A stretch of 64,000 nt of DNA from Camelus ferus (Eukaryota). Below the pieces are notes generated by a model that ran no database searches, was not told the DNA's origin, and worked only from the letters and a program-made list of their open reading frames with translations. Shown here piece after piece: positions 1 to 13,299 of the stretch (within the stretch, counting starts at the first letter, position 1; every line of letters begins with the position of its first letter). Both the position numbers and the translations under genes were made by a program. The stretch spans positions 116,066,001-116,130,000 of the forward strand of contig NC_045696.1 in assembly GCF_009834535.1 (NCBI RefSeq), read 5' to 3'.

Positions 1-479
1 TGCCACTTGATCTAACACTTCCAGCATATAGTCTCCTTCTGTCTTACAATAATCATGGACAACTGTTAGGATTGTCTACCGTGGGTAGGTCCTTACTGAG
101 GCAAGTGGGAGATGATCCTTGCCTTTTCCTTGCAACAAAGAGCAGAAAAAAGCAAACCTTCCAACACCCTCTAAAAAAATATATGATGGCAGCTTGAAGT
201 GAAATAATAGTGATTTCACCTGGATGGAGTTTTTTTTTTTTTTTCTGCCTCTGCTTTCCCCAAAAAGAAGAACTTTCCAAGCTAACAGAGAAGATGATAG
301 CCACGCTAGAGAAGAGCCGGAAGATGGGTGTGGAGAGAAATCCAAAGAGCATCAGCACGAGCAAGATAAAACAGCTCCTAGTCTCACGCCCCTTCCCTCT
401 GTTCCCCACTACACCACTTGAAAAGCTCAAATACCTCCATGTAGTGCACGCTTTCTAGCTGGAAACAGTCCTTCGGGAT

Positions 480-905
480 TTTGGCTTCTGCCGAACTGAG
501 CTATTTGCTGTTTCCCAAAGTCCTTTTCTCTCCTTCAACCGTGGTGACTCTGCTTACTTTTCTCCTTCTGCAAGGGATGTGACCTAGGGCTCCCATCCTC
601 TACCTGGATAACTTCCTGGTCTTGCAAGTCAAACATGCAAAGACTGCTTCTTCTTGAAGCCCTCTTCCAAACCACCCACCCCAGCAGAATCACATGTTCC
701 TTATTCTATGCTCATTAAGTGTCTACTAAATTCACTTTTGGAGCATTTTTTGCATTTTGTGGTTAAGCTAATGCTGATGTGTCTCTTTCCCACAAGACTA
801 TTAGCTCTCTAAGAGGAAGGATTACAGTGTTTATACTTAGATCTACAGCATCCAGCACGTAGTAAAATCTCACACACTCAATAAATGTGTCTTAAGTGAA
901 TGTGC
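480..905 (+). mobile_element. L2 3' relic
   Basis: Pyrimidine-rich decay ending CTCAATAAATGTGT..TAAGTGAATG, the L2 3' terminus pattern. Confidence 0.45.
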
Positions 906-909
906 ACTT

Positions 910-1155
910 CGGCTGTTGGCAAGCTCCCTCTGCAAAGCACCAGATAGTAAATATTTTAGTCCTCATGAGTCATTCAGTCTCTAGCAATCTTCCTATCACA
1001 TCTACTCAAGTCTACTCAAGTCTGCCACAGTAGAGCAAACCCAGCCTCAGCCCATATATAAACAATTGAGTGAGACTGTGTGTCAACAAAACTGTTTACA
1101 GAAAAACAGGTGGTGGGTCAGTTTTGGCCCGTGGAGTACAGCTGGCTGATCCCTG
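910..1155. mobile_element. hAT-Charlie MITE, MER58-like
   Basis: CCAGATAGTAAATATTTTAG...ACTCAA.TCTGCC...AAAACTGTTTACAGAAAAACAGGTGGTGGG...TTTGGCCCGTGG...CTGATCCCTG with decayed terminal inverted repeats. Internal 10-bp tandem duplication at 1001-1023. Confidence 0.8.
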
Positions 1156-2853
1156 ATAAACTAAAAGATCAAACGAAAGAGAAAGCCCCAGAAAGTTCTC
1201 AGAAAGAGGACCTCAAGTCCAGGATGGTAGAAAATGGTCACAGTAGACATGGAAGGGAAGGAATGACCCCGTAACACCACCTTGTCCTCATTCTGGAAAG
1301 TAGGAGTGATCTAGGTTAGCATGCATACAACTGGGAAACTTCAGGATCAGCAACAGCCTTATGAAGTCTGCAAACCTAACATTTGCTAATACTGTATTTT
1401 AGTAATTAAACTACTTAGTTTAATTAGAATGGGTGCCTACAAATGGAGGCTAATGGACTGCCCAATAGAATGCATTTTTTTCCCTATGTTTCAAGCTAAA
1501 TACCAAGGGAAGATGCTAGCTACCCAAGACATGGTTGTCTACACCAGACAAATGAAACCACAAAGATGGAAATTCCAGTCATGGTATGAAGGATGGGTAA
1601 CACTTGGCACAGTTTTGAGAGAGAGAGTGTTAGAACAGGTAATCCTCTAATTAAAATGCACAGGCAATGTGGATACCACTGAGAGTTTATTTTCAATTCT
1701 AAACCAATGTACCATGCTAACATCATCAGATGGAAAGTGCATAATCCAATAATCTTGTTTTAAGGCAGAATTCTGAAGCATAGACTTTATTTTTTCTTCT
1801 CTATGTTATGTTTTCTTGGGAAATTTCAAGGAGGACACTCAGATTAAAAAAACTAATAATAATAATGAAGCGTAGTAAGTCCCAACAGAAGGAAATTGTA
1901 AGAGAAGAGTGTTCACTGAGGTTTCTAGTCCTCGTTCAAACAGAGATCCACACATTGAGATCTATTTCCAGATGCAGACAACACAGATAAAATGTTGGAG
2001 TGGTGCCTGATCCCATATAATCCCCTTCTCTGGAAGGCGGAACATCTGACACTACTACACATGTGGGAGCCAAATCATCGCATTTGAAGCAGCGACATCA
2101 TTCCAGGCAGCACCACCTGGCTACTGTGGGATGGAGTGGAGATACGTGTGAAGGAGGGATTCAGAGAATGGAGCTGCACACACAGAAAAAGACTCTGGCC
2201 ATCAAGTATGCTAAGCATGTTGACTGCCCTTTCAGGAGAAAAGTTGCTCGAACAAATCAAGTGATTGTGTATGTTTCCAGCCTCCACACTTCCCCCTTTC
2301 CTTCTTTCTCTAAAACAGAAAGATTTCCATATTTCAAAAGAGTTGAACCAAGCTGTGTCAGAGATGAAACTCCAATTTATCACAAGTGATCAAAGTTGGA
2401 AAAAAAGGGCACCGTGGCCTTTTCTATTTAATTGGCTTCCGAGGACACACATCCTGATGTGCCTAACCTTAAAGCATCACTGCTCCCTTTATCCAGCAAT
2501 GCCCTCTGTAATAGATCTAACTCACTCAGGGAGCATAAACAAGATGGGCAGCCCATCGACCTCACTCAGATGGCTTCCCTGTAGTGGAAGGCCATGGTGG
2601 TAAACTACTTGGAGCCTAACGATCAGCTTTGGGTTTAAATTTTCTGGACAGTAAGCTAACGTCCCAAACCCATCTGTAATTTCTCCACGTTGGCCATAAA
2701 GACACAAGAAAACGTAATAAAAGTTTTGTGAAGTCTTTAACCCCACTGTCTTCTCAATGAGAAACAATTTGAGCAATTAAAGTCATGAAAATATCATCAG
2801 TTTGTTTTACCCTTGAGAGTATAATAGAGCTTAACTCTGGTTAAGAACAACTT

Positions 2854-3136
2854 CACAGACTTAGTAAACAATCTTATGGTTACCGGGAAAGGGGGTGGGA
2901 GGGGATAAACTGGGGAGTTTGAGATTTACAATTGTTAGCCACTATATATAAAAAGAGTTTTTAAGAAAAATTTCTTCTGTATAGCACAGGGAACTATGTT
3001 CAATATCTTGTAATAACCTTTAATGTAAAAGAACATTAAAACAAATATATGTATGTATTTGCACGACTGGGACATTGTGCTGTGCACCAGAGAGTGACAC
3101 ATTGCAACTGACTGTACTTCAATAGATAAAAAAAAA
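2854..3136 (+). mobile_element. LINE-1 3' UTR fragment with A tail
   Basis: Aligns by eye with ~20068-20335 (CTTATGGTTACC..G-rich tract..GATAAACTGGG..AGCACAGGGAACTAT..GACTGGGACATT..TACTTCAATA). No clear TSD. Confidence 0.9.
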
Positions 3137-4979
3137 TCTTAACGTCTTTTCTAAACTCTGAAGCATTGCTTTAGTAGTACTTATTTTTTTGTTTGTTCCT
3201 ACACTATATATGTCAAGGATCATAAATTAAGACACCTTCAAAGGTCAAACACGTAATAAAAATGTTGTGAGGTAGGATGGGTGGAAAAGTATTGGAGAAT
3301 CCAGTAAACCAGAGAAGGAGGCATTCCTCAGTTCCAAGCAAATATTGCCACACAAGAATGAGCACAAATATTGTCAGCTGTAGTTGACTTTCAGAGAGTT
3401 TCCAAATCGAGATCACTATGTATGTGTGCAGATTTAAACATCTACAATTAATTACAAAAACAGAAAACAAAAAAACAGTGTCAGCCAATAAAACCTATTG
3501 AAGGATTAAGTATAGCTCATGACTCATCTGTTTATGACCCGTCCTTAGCATCAACAAAGACATCAGTGACTCAGCGAGTTCACCCACTATTAATGGTGTC
3601 AAAGGAGGAGAAGCAAACCGAATAAAACACTAAGTTCAACTTCGGGGGCACTGTTTGAATTTGCCACTTAGAGCCACCTCACCTCAGAGAAGTTTTTTAA
3701 ACCAAGAGCCTTAGGTTATTCATCTACAGCTTATTGTTGGTATGTTCTCTTAAGTACTGTCTACGGATACAACTAGCCGAAGTCTGAATTTTTTTTAAAT
3801 AATTCTTTTTGAATCCTAATGTTTTAAATAACATTAAAAATTAAAACAATTATTGCCAAATTGTGAAAATACAAAGATATTCTATAAAAAATTCACCAAA
3901 TATATCTAAAGTTCAATTTAAAATCAATCTGCCTCACGGTGTTAGAACAGTACATACCTTGGGCTCCTAGTGACTAACAAGTATTTATTGCCTAAAATCA
4001 AAAATGGATATGATGCAAATTGTATATATTTTAAAACAACATGCTTCAAGAGCCTACACAAAGCAATTAGCAAGGATGATTCGTTGCCACAGTGTCTAAC
4101 AATGCATTCCTTAAATAGGAGATACCTTTCAAGACATTCAACACAATTACAAAAATTCATGAATTGTAAATCATCTGTTTTGCTGAACATCGCTTTCTAT
4201 GATTGCTAAGAACTTGACTGATAACACTTCAGTTATTAGAAGTTTCAAGATTTTGAATCTCCTGAATCAGTTCAGAAGTTGACCCCAAGGTTCTCTCTGC
4301 TAAATCTGTGTTCCCCTTTTCAATAAGGTTGGAGCAAAGAAGGAACCATTTAGCTCTGCTTGGAGGAATAATTCTAGCTCATTCAGTAGACAAGCCAACT
4401 ATTCACATATGAAGGAGAAATGACATACCAAGAGGGCCTTAAAATACATGCACTAAGAATTAGCACACACATAATATACATAAAACTGTACATATAAAAA
4501 ATATAAATATTCTAAGAAAACAAATCCCTATGTATACCTGTTTTTTGTCTTAATATGGCCTCTTTGATTCCTTCTTCCTCTATTTGAGCCTATCAAAGGG
4601 TTCAAATTTCTATTGAAGCTCCCTTCAAACTATTTCTCCCCTCTTTCCTTGACAGAGCTCCAAGGAAGAATCCTAGCACCACACGTTAGGACCGGTATCC
4701 AGATCAGAAATTCTCCATGCGTGGGAGCCAGCTGACTAGAAACACATCTGCTTTAAGAGGTGTCCATCGTGACAGAGCCATCATTCTAAGCCAACCATGA
4801 CCATCAAGAACTTGACAAAATCCTAAAAAAATATTCCTACTTGGTTATACTCTTCCCTCCCGCTTAGTATGACTGAAATGAGCTGTATTCGGGTTTCCAA
4901 AGCTGGCCAATTCTCCTCATGATTTGTCCCTTCAGCCCATCAGTGTCCTAATCAGCATGCCCAAACCATAAGCATCTTC

Positions 4980-5277
4980 CCTCTTTTAAGAATTTGTTTT
5001 CTTGTGGTGAAATACACATTAAACAAAATTTACTATTTTAACTATTTTTATGTGTACATTGATATTGTTGTCATCACCCTTATCCATCTCCAGAACTTTT
5101 TCATCATCCCAAATGGAAACTCTGTACCTATTAAACACCCATTCCCCCTTCTGTCCTCCCCTAGCTTCTATAATCACTGCTCTACTTTTTGTCTCTATGA
5201 ACTGGACTATCCTAGGAACCTCACATAAGTGGAATATACAATGTTTGTCCTTTTCGGTCTGACAATTTCACTTAGCA
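4980..5277 (-). mobile_element. Old L1M (L1MA/MB-like) 3' end
   Basis: CATCTCCAGAACTTTTTCATCATCCCAAA..GAAACTCTGTACC.ATTAAAC..ACCTCA.ATAAGTGGAAT motifs. Flanking repeat CA(T/C)AAGCATCTTC at 4967-4979 and 5278-5290 is a probable TSD. Confidence 0.8.
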
Positions 5278-8200
5278 CACAAGCATCTTCTTGGACTTCT
5301 TTCTTTGCACTCCGTCCACTCAGAAAGTTCTGTGATGTCATCCTTCACTATGACTTCACATCTGTTCCTTTCTCTCAACTTTTCCCTGTCAAAACTTCCT
5401 AACAAGTGCCATAAGGTTTATTGAGCTTTGTTACATTCGATCCTACATAAGAAAAACCTTCTGGAAACATGCTTTGTTGGTGTCCCACAGACCCAGAGGG
5501 GAAAAGTCCCAATTTCTCAGCCCGGTATGCAAAGTATGGATTTCACCTGTGTCTCCAGACAAACTTCCGCTCACCCCCACGGCAAACTCCATGCATCATC
5601 AAAACAGGAACTCCTCTTACCCTGCAAAGCTCACTTGGGTATTTTCTGCCTTTCTCCCCACCTTCTATTCTCTTGTTTGTACAGGTAAAGCATACTCCCA
5701 GGGTCGCCTGTTAAGCTTGCGGAGGGATCACTCCCTCACCTTGTAACTCCAAGGCAAGTACTCTCTCTAACAGATGCTCGGTTCTCCCCCCTTCCCTGCC
5801 TTTGCATCATGGGACCTTCCAACACCTGCCTTGTCTTCCCACCTCATATCATGACTCTGAAACTCACGCTCACAGCCCCTGACACAGACAGTTTGCTCAA
5901 TAAGCATTTTTTTAAGTTATGACATGGTTACTCAACATTTACAGACACATAGATTGGTTATCTTTTACTGAAATCTTTTCCAGAGCTTTCTTTTTGGTCA
6001 AAGTAGAAAACAATTCAATCTCTTAATTCCTGAATAAACTTCAAGCCTTGACTTAAGACCACGGGTTATGGTTGACGAGTCAAACTGGCCCAGGAACTGC
6101 TGGGTAAAGGTTTGGCCATTTGGTCCCCTACTGTTCAAGTTCATGTGTTAGCCTATGACCCATTGCCGTTTCCACCTGTGAGGCTTGCCCTTAACTTCAC
6201 TTAGCATCTCTTTCCTGGGCTGAATGTTTGGCTTTTATTACAACTCATTTTCTCCTCGCGTTTTAATGCATTTCCACTTGCTTACAATTTATTATGCCTC
6301 CTTGGACTCAACAAATATATTTTTAACAACATAACAGGGCACCATTTTACGGGAGAGTTGGCATCTCGGAGAAGTTCATCTGCGCCCTGTGACAATGACT
6401 ATGAATTTGGCTAAGTCACTTCCAATGAGAGCCATTATCCCCCAGAGGAGAAACTTCCGTCCTCTTACTTGGCACCAGTCCCAGTCCGTCAGGTCACTGC
6501 TGACTACAGTTTCCTACCATATCCTTTCCTTTTACTCCCTCCCATGTTGGAACATGCACTTGGTCTTGTTTTCCCAGCCTGAGCTGCTGTATCTCGCCTC
6601 CACAGTCTCTCTCAGTAAACCATACAGCACGGTTACACACGGTGGATGCTTTTATAAAAACACACACTCCATGTCTCCTCCAGCCCTGCTCACTGTGACC
6701 CAGTAGTTAAACGGAATGCCCCATTGCAAACCATTTGGGATGGGTAACCTCCAGAAAACTAAGAGTCCAAAGGCAAAAAGCTATCATCTGAAAGGCAAAC
6801 CCCTGCATGGAAATACCTTTTGCCCATCAGCAAACAAGCTCACCGTGCTGCAGACCGGAGTTAGCAGGTAGACTGTTCTCTTGTGCAGAATTTGAGCTGA
6901 CTTCACTCCCTTGGACAGACTCCCAGGGAAGGAGCCTGAAAGAGGATACAAAGGACATAGTTCTCATTTGCTTTTAGTTTGGAAGCACAAATGAGCCTTT
7001 CTAGACAGTTCCCGGCATTTTGTCAGAGGGAATTTTAAACCAGAGTAAAGGAATATCCTAGCCTCACTGGCTCCCTTACATTCACTTTTTACCTTTGTTC
7101 AAGTTATCCTCTTATTCCGCCTCCCTATTTGCATCCATCCTGAAAAGCCCAGATCTTCTATGAAGGCTTCTTCCCTGACTCAATCCGCCCTTCTCCTGTC
7201 TTCCAACGCTGCCTGCTTCCACCACTGATTTTGACATTGTCATTTCCTGCCATGATTTGTGACACTTTCTGTGTAGGTGTCCCATAAAATAATTTCCTAG
7301 AAAGAAGGAAACCTATGTCATGTTTCTTCAAGTTTAACACCAAGGCCTCACCCAGAGTAAAAGTGTAAAAAATATGAGTTGATGGATTTTTCTTCTTCTC
7401 CCCAGTCCAAATTAATCTCTGCTGCCCCAAGACTATATCCAGAATATCGTTTGTTACAATGTGCCTTTATTACAGTGAAGTGTGTGTCCACCAGACAAAG
7501 CTTTGATTTCAAAAAGGACAAGGACTGGCTGGTGTGCATAGACTGCCTAAGTATGCAGGGCCCAGTAACGCTGCTTGACTTAAATGGACCCCTTGAAACA
7601 AAATGTCTTCAAATAAAAGCATCAGACTAAAGCAAGGGACGAGACAATAGCATGAAGGCGTGGACAAAAACTCAGGTGAAAAATCACAAAGACAATTTCA
7701 GAGAATGTGCAAAAAAAAAAAGAGAAAAATAAATAAATCCCACTTTAGCCCCTGAAGTAGGATATGCAGAGAATACAGTCTGCCTCAAACCTCACCCAGT
7801 ATCTCATTGGCTCTTTAGCTACGATGATCCAGAGACAATTATAAGGATGTATTGCAGGTCCTTCAAGGTCAATGTATTTAAAAACTCCACATGTTTCTCA
7901 CTCCTGAGTGTGGATTCCAATTTCTCAACTAAGCAGAGAGGAAGCAAACACAGCCGTTTTGCATTCTCATTCCCTCCTCCCCGGGGCACCAAATGCCTTT
8001 CCTGCCTGTGCCTGGGGTCCCCAGACAGGATTCCGGACACCCTGAGGGAGCCGGCAGAGCTGACCCAGAGCATCACCGGCTTAGCCTTAGAGGAGATAGG
8101 ATTTCCTAAATGTTAGGATGGTCTACTTGTAAATTACATATATATACTGTAAAGTACCACATTTTCTAAATCCATGATGCTCGGTTCCAGTATGGGAGAG

Positions 8201-8756
8201 GAAACAGGGAAGAAAGCAAAATTACATAAAAAGCCAGTCAGACAGAAGCAGAAACAAACCCAGAAAGTGTGATCATCAAGAAACTGTCAGCACCAGGGGC
8301 TCTGGCTTGAAAATTCCTGCAGAATAACATACAGCCTTGAATATCTTACTTCTTTAAATCTGGAAAGAGTAGGGCATGAGAAGCTGGCTCCTAATCTTTT
8401 CCATTCCTGCTTCACTAATTTTCGTCAGCAAAATTAAGCAACTTTTATTTGCTTGGCAAGTGAAGAAAAAGAGAACTTTAAAGCAGTCGACGCTTTAAGC
8501 TTTCATCGAAAGTTACAGGTAGCTGCCAAAGGAAAATCTTATCTGTTGAAAAAGCCAGTTCAGCAACTTAGCTGTAGAGCTATAGAGGTTGAAGATAAGA
8601 AGATGTGGTATCATTTAATTAACAGCCGCCCAATGATGGCTCAGAAGAGATTAATTCCGCTTCTTAAGAAGTTAAGACCAACCTCAGTCTCTACCAGAAA
8701 GTACACTTTAACCTTTTCCCTTCTTCCTCCTTTTCTCCCATTCCTCAGACATTTTC

Positions 8757-9287
8757 TTTTTTTTTTTTTTTTAATTGAAGTACCATCAGTTACAATGTGT
8801 CAGTTTCTGGTATACCACACAATGTCCCAGTCATGCATATACGTACATGTATTCCTTTTCATATTCTTTCTCATTATAGGTTCCTGCAAGATATTGAATA
8901 TAGTTCCCTGTGCTATACAGAAGAAACTTGTTTTTTATCTATTTTATATGTAGTAACTAATATTTGCAAATCTCGAACTCCCAGTTTATCCCTTCCTATC
9001 CCTTTACCCCCTGGTAACCATAAGTTTGTTTTCTATGCTGTGAGTCTATTTGTTTTGTAAATAAGTTCATTTGTGTCTTTTTTTTAGATTCCACATATGA
9101 GTGATATGATATGGTATTTTTCTTTCTCTTTCTGGCTTACTTCACTTAGTATGATGATCTCCAGGTCCATCCATGTTGCTGCAAATGGCATTATTTTATT
9201 CTTTTTTATGGCTGAGTAGTATTCTACTGTATAAATATACCACAACTTCTTTTTTCCAGTCATCCGTCAATGGACTTTTAGGTTGTT
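8757..9287 (-). mobile_element. 5'-truncated LINE-1 3' end with 13-bp TSD
   Basis: Poly-T from 8757. 3' UTR matches the other L1 copies in the window. Perfect TSD CTCAGACATTTTC at 8744-8756 and 9288-9300. Confidence 0.94.
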
Positions 9288-10439
9288 CTCAGACATTTTC
9301 ATATTCTCTCACTACCCCTTGCTCCTCTCCTCTTTCTCCTCAATAAAACCAGTCTTTTAACTTGAAAGGAAAGTGTTTTCAGTTGTTCACAGGATTTCTA
9401 GCCATGTATCAACTTGTTTATTTCTCTTGTAAAAATCAGTAGCTCTCACTATCTTCAAGAACAAAGGAGGAAATCAATTAACTCAAATTAATATTTTTGA
9501 TGAAAGAAAATCACATTCTGATAGCGGAAGGGATAATAAACATACAAAATTTTTATGACAGTGACTAAACCAAAAATGAAACTTTTGACTAAAACATAAA
9601 AGAAACCACCACATCAAGATACCATATTTAGAGAGAAATACATAGTGATGAGAGGTGAGTAAAAGTCTTATAAATCCGTGAAAGTGAAAAATTAATATAA
9701 TATAGTCAGGAAAAAAGCATCGCACATCAGTGTGGATTTGTGTCTCTTTTCCTTCTTCCCCACCTGACGGCTCCCTCCTGCATTCCTTTCAAGGTTTCTA
9801 ACCTTGTCAAAGATGCCTCCCAAGAGCATAAAGCATCCGACACCATTTATAGGTGCATGTAGCGGAGAATGCCACTGAAATGGAGTTTTTAAAAAAGATT
9901 AATAAAACCTGAAATGGAGCAATAGATATTTCAGTATTTGAGCGACAAGAGAAATGGATCTGTGTATGAATCAGAGAGAGACTCCTCTCCTGAGACACGA
10001 TTCAATATACTGTATTGAAAAGGTATTATAGTTAGGCTCAAGGAAGAGTGAGTTATGGTGACACCGGAGAGCCTTCCTCCAGTAACCTACTTTTGTGAGT
10101 GTGAATCAACATGATATTAATAAATACATAAAGCAAAACCACAGCCTAAGTAACTCTTAAGTACACAGAGATCACAGTACAGGAGAAATAAGTAATGAAA
10201 CTCAATTTCGCCACTAGAGTATTTCCCAGAGCCAAGCACAATTTTTAAAACACATGAATCTCTTTCCTTGCACAAGCTAAGGATTGAGTTGAGTAAAATT
10301 GGCTAAACACACTCCCCAGTTTGTCCCTTCTCAAACCACAGGGCAAGCTTACAGCTTGCAACTGGAAACAGAATAAAAAAGCAGGGTTTCTAGCAGGTAA
10401 TTGAAATTCTGACTTAACTCACAGAATATTTTATTTACT

Positions 10440-10920
10440 TTATATAAATATACTTTTCTATTGACAAATATCATATATTTATATATCTTTACTATTTCTA
10501 TTACTAAAAGTAGTAACTGATTTCATAAAAAGTAATATTCATGTGAAGACACTCTCTAATACCACTAAACTCAGGATTATGACTATTAAATGCTCAAGGA
10601 GGAGTGTAATCTTTCAGACATTTTTCCCTTTATATATACATATGCCTTTGTGTTTATATATATATATATTTTTATACGAAAACAGGATCATAGTAGATGT
10701 TGCATGCAATTGTTTATTCCCTTAATAATATATAGTGGGTATTTTTCCACATTAGTAGTAGAGATGTACGTTATCATTTCAATGTATTACATCATACAGA
10801 CATACCATATTTATGAAACCAATCTCTTAGCCATAAACATTTGAGATTCTTTACAGATGTTTTCTATCATAATCAATGCTTCCATAAACATCCTCACACA
10901 TGTCTCTGTGTCCTGTCTTT
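10440..10920 (-). mobile_element. Decayed L1ME-like fragment
   Basis: AT-rich sequence with CATACCATA.TTA..AACCAATCTC...CATTTG.G.T..TT.CA...AATGCT.C.ATAAACATCCT motif. Confidence 0.45.
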
Positions 10921-11062
10921 TGAATTAAACATGACACTTGTATCTCACAAATACTGGAGAGAGCAGTTCTTCTATAGTCCCCTTCACTGCTCGCCAAGGT
11001 TTTATTTGATAACTCTATACCTGCATAATTCATGGAAACACATTGCTGGAACTTTATATCAG

Positions 11063-11095
11063 GCACACAGACACACACACCAACACACACACACA
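11063..11095. repeat. Imperfect (CA)n microsatellite
   Basis: CACACAGACACACACACCAACACACACACACA. Confidence 0.85.
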
Positions 11096-13299
11096 TAATA
11101 AGATTCAGGGAAAAAACAGGGCAGCATCTTTAAAAACGAAGGGCAGACGGATGGCAATCCAAAATACAAAAAGCAACTATTAAGGGCATTATATAAAATA
11201 TGACACAAATTTAACCTTAAAGACACTAAGTGTTTATTCTGATGCTAAAAAAGGGCCAGAGCACTTACAGGACAACAGCTGACGGGGTCATTACTTAGAA
11301 CTTCATGAAGATGTCACGTCCCTTTTCTTCTATCATGAGCCCCCATGCATCGCCAGTGTTTGTTCAAAAGGAGATGAAATGTGAAAATAAAGAAGATGTG
11401 AAGGCAGAAGTGTGCAAAATACACCCGGGAAAAGATTGAGTAAATAACAACCTGAGTCCAAGATCCAGCTAAGAGGAATACCAGACAAAGGTGCGGAGAG
11501 ACAGAGACCTGGATAACTCCACACAGAGCAGCAGAGCAGAGAACGAAGCCAATAGTCAAATCAATGGAGAAAGAGACACAAGAAAGGAAGTTTCCAGCAT
11601 GAACTGACCATTGCAGCAAAACGGCATCTTTCTTGTCTATGATGATTCCATAAGCCAAGTTCACGTTCTAATTCTTAGCTCCATAATGTCTTACAGGTGC
11701 GACCAACGCTGAGGAAATGCAGTCCGCAGTGTACATGCATAACTGAGTTTATCATCAGAGGCAGGGGAAAGAGTGTTTCTTCCCTGAGCTGTAAGATGAT
11801 GGGAGCTACTTCTCCCCTGCCTGTCCCCAAGGCTGTTAGACACTGCAGCTCAACACACGGGTTCTGCCTGAAACCAGCGACTTCCTCTTGCACAACTGGT
11901 ATCATCCCACAGCCAACCAGAGCCCCTTCCCCATTATCTGAGTTAATTCATTCACTCATAGATAAGGCATTGGCCTCCTGAGTATTTTTAAATAAGCAAA
12001 TGAGCAAAGTTTATAAGCCAGTTTAACCATCTGACCAAGCTTCCTATAGGTGTTGAAAGGAGAAATAAATGCTCTTAGGTGACACTTTGACAAATATATC
12101 TTGCTCCTGAACCTGGTTATTCAGATTCTTGAGGGTGGGGTTTTATTAGTGTTGGAGCCCATTTTTTAGGCACACTTCTCTGAAGTTATAATAGAGATTA
12201 ACATCATGATTAAGTATACAAATATTCATTTTCTACCTCATTATATAGAGCACACATAATTCATAAAGCAAGATCAAACTGTGTTCTTATCACAATCCTT
12301 CACTGGGATTGTGATCAAATTTGCTGATGCTGAAATGGAAGTTGGCAGCCGTTAGGATGAGTATATTTCTTTATTATATATGGCAGCAGATAATGACAGC
12401 CCCAGAAAAGTGTGAATTGAAAGATGAGTTTCAATAGTTTCAGATGGTTCCCGAATAAGATAGTGAAATGTTTCATGATATTTAGTATTAGAATATCAAT
12501 TGACATTCTTTCACGTCCTCTCTTTTGAAAGATGTTCCATTAATATAGATGATCATTTTACAAAACACTTTTAAAAAGAGATAACAATAAAGAAAAGAAG
12601 TGATTAATTATGTGAGATCTTCAATCAAGCTTATCCTTGATTGCTTTCATTGTAACCGAAGTAGAAAAATCCCATTAATATAGTGGTTCTGATTATTCAA
12701 AATGGTCGTATCTAGCCTTAAATAAGGAAAGCAGCAGTAGGGAGAAGCAAAGTCTAGAAGGAAAAGAAAGAAAGAAAGAGAAACTGTCCCTGTTAATGGG
12801 ATGATCCACTTCAGGGCTGACAAATCAGGCCATTCACATCTTCCTTTCAATGGGATGGTCCCCAACTCACGGTCAAGTTCTTTGAGTTGACAAACAAAGG
12901 AGGGAATTAAGAAGTAAGTTTGGCCCCCTTTTTAACGTGTCTTAGATTTGCTAACTTGCTGTTTTACTGCTCTCTAAGCAGAGTTAGCAGTACCAAGCAA
13001 ACATATTCAAATTAGACGGCGGTGGATTCTGCTCAAGATGACACAGAACATTCACATGTTAATGCAAAAAAACATTTTATTCCAAGCACACAGCAGTAAT
13101 AGACAAAACACCTCAAGGAAAAAAAAAATCAAAAAGCTATCAACAAGTTCAAACCCAAGTAAAAGATCATGGTGACTGGATCTATGAAAACTCCACTATG
13201 ACCACTGAGAAGAAAATTCAAGCAGCCGATTCTATGAGGCATGACTAGATTGACAACTAAGGAAGTTGATCAAGGCAACATTAAATGATGGACACAGAA

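Noticed and set aside
1403..1426. 11-bp-arm inverted repeat (also a near-palindrome at ~55630-55652)
   Set aside because: Short inverted repeats of this size are plausible by chance in 64 kb; no supporting context.
8453..9060. 166-aa and 87-aa ORFs
   Set aside because: They run through poly-T into an antisense L1 3' UTR and show no recognisable domain.
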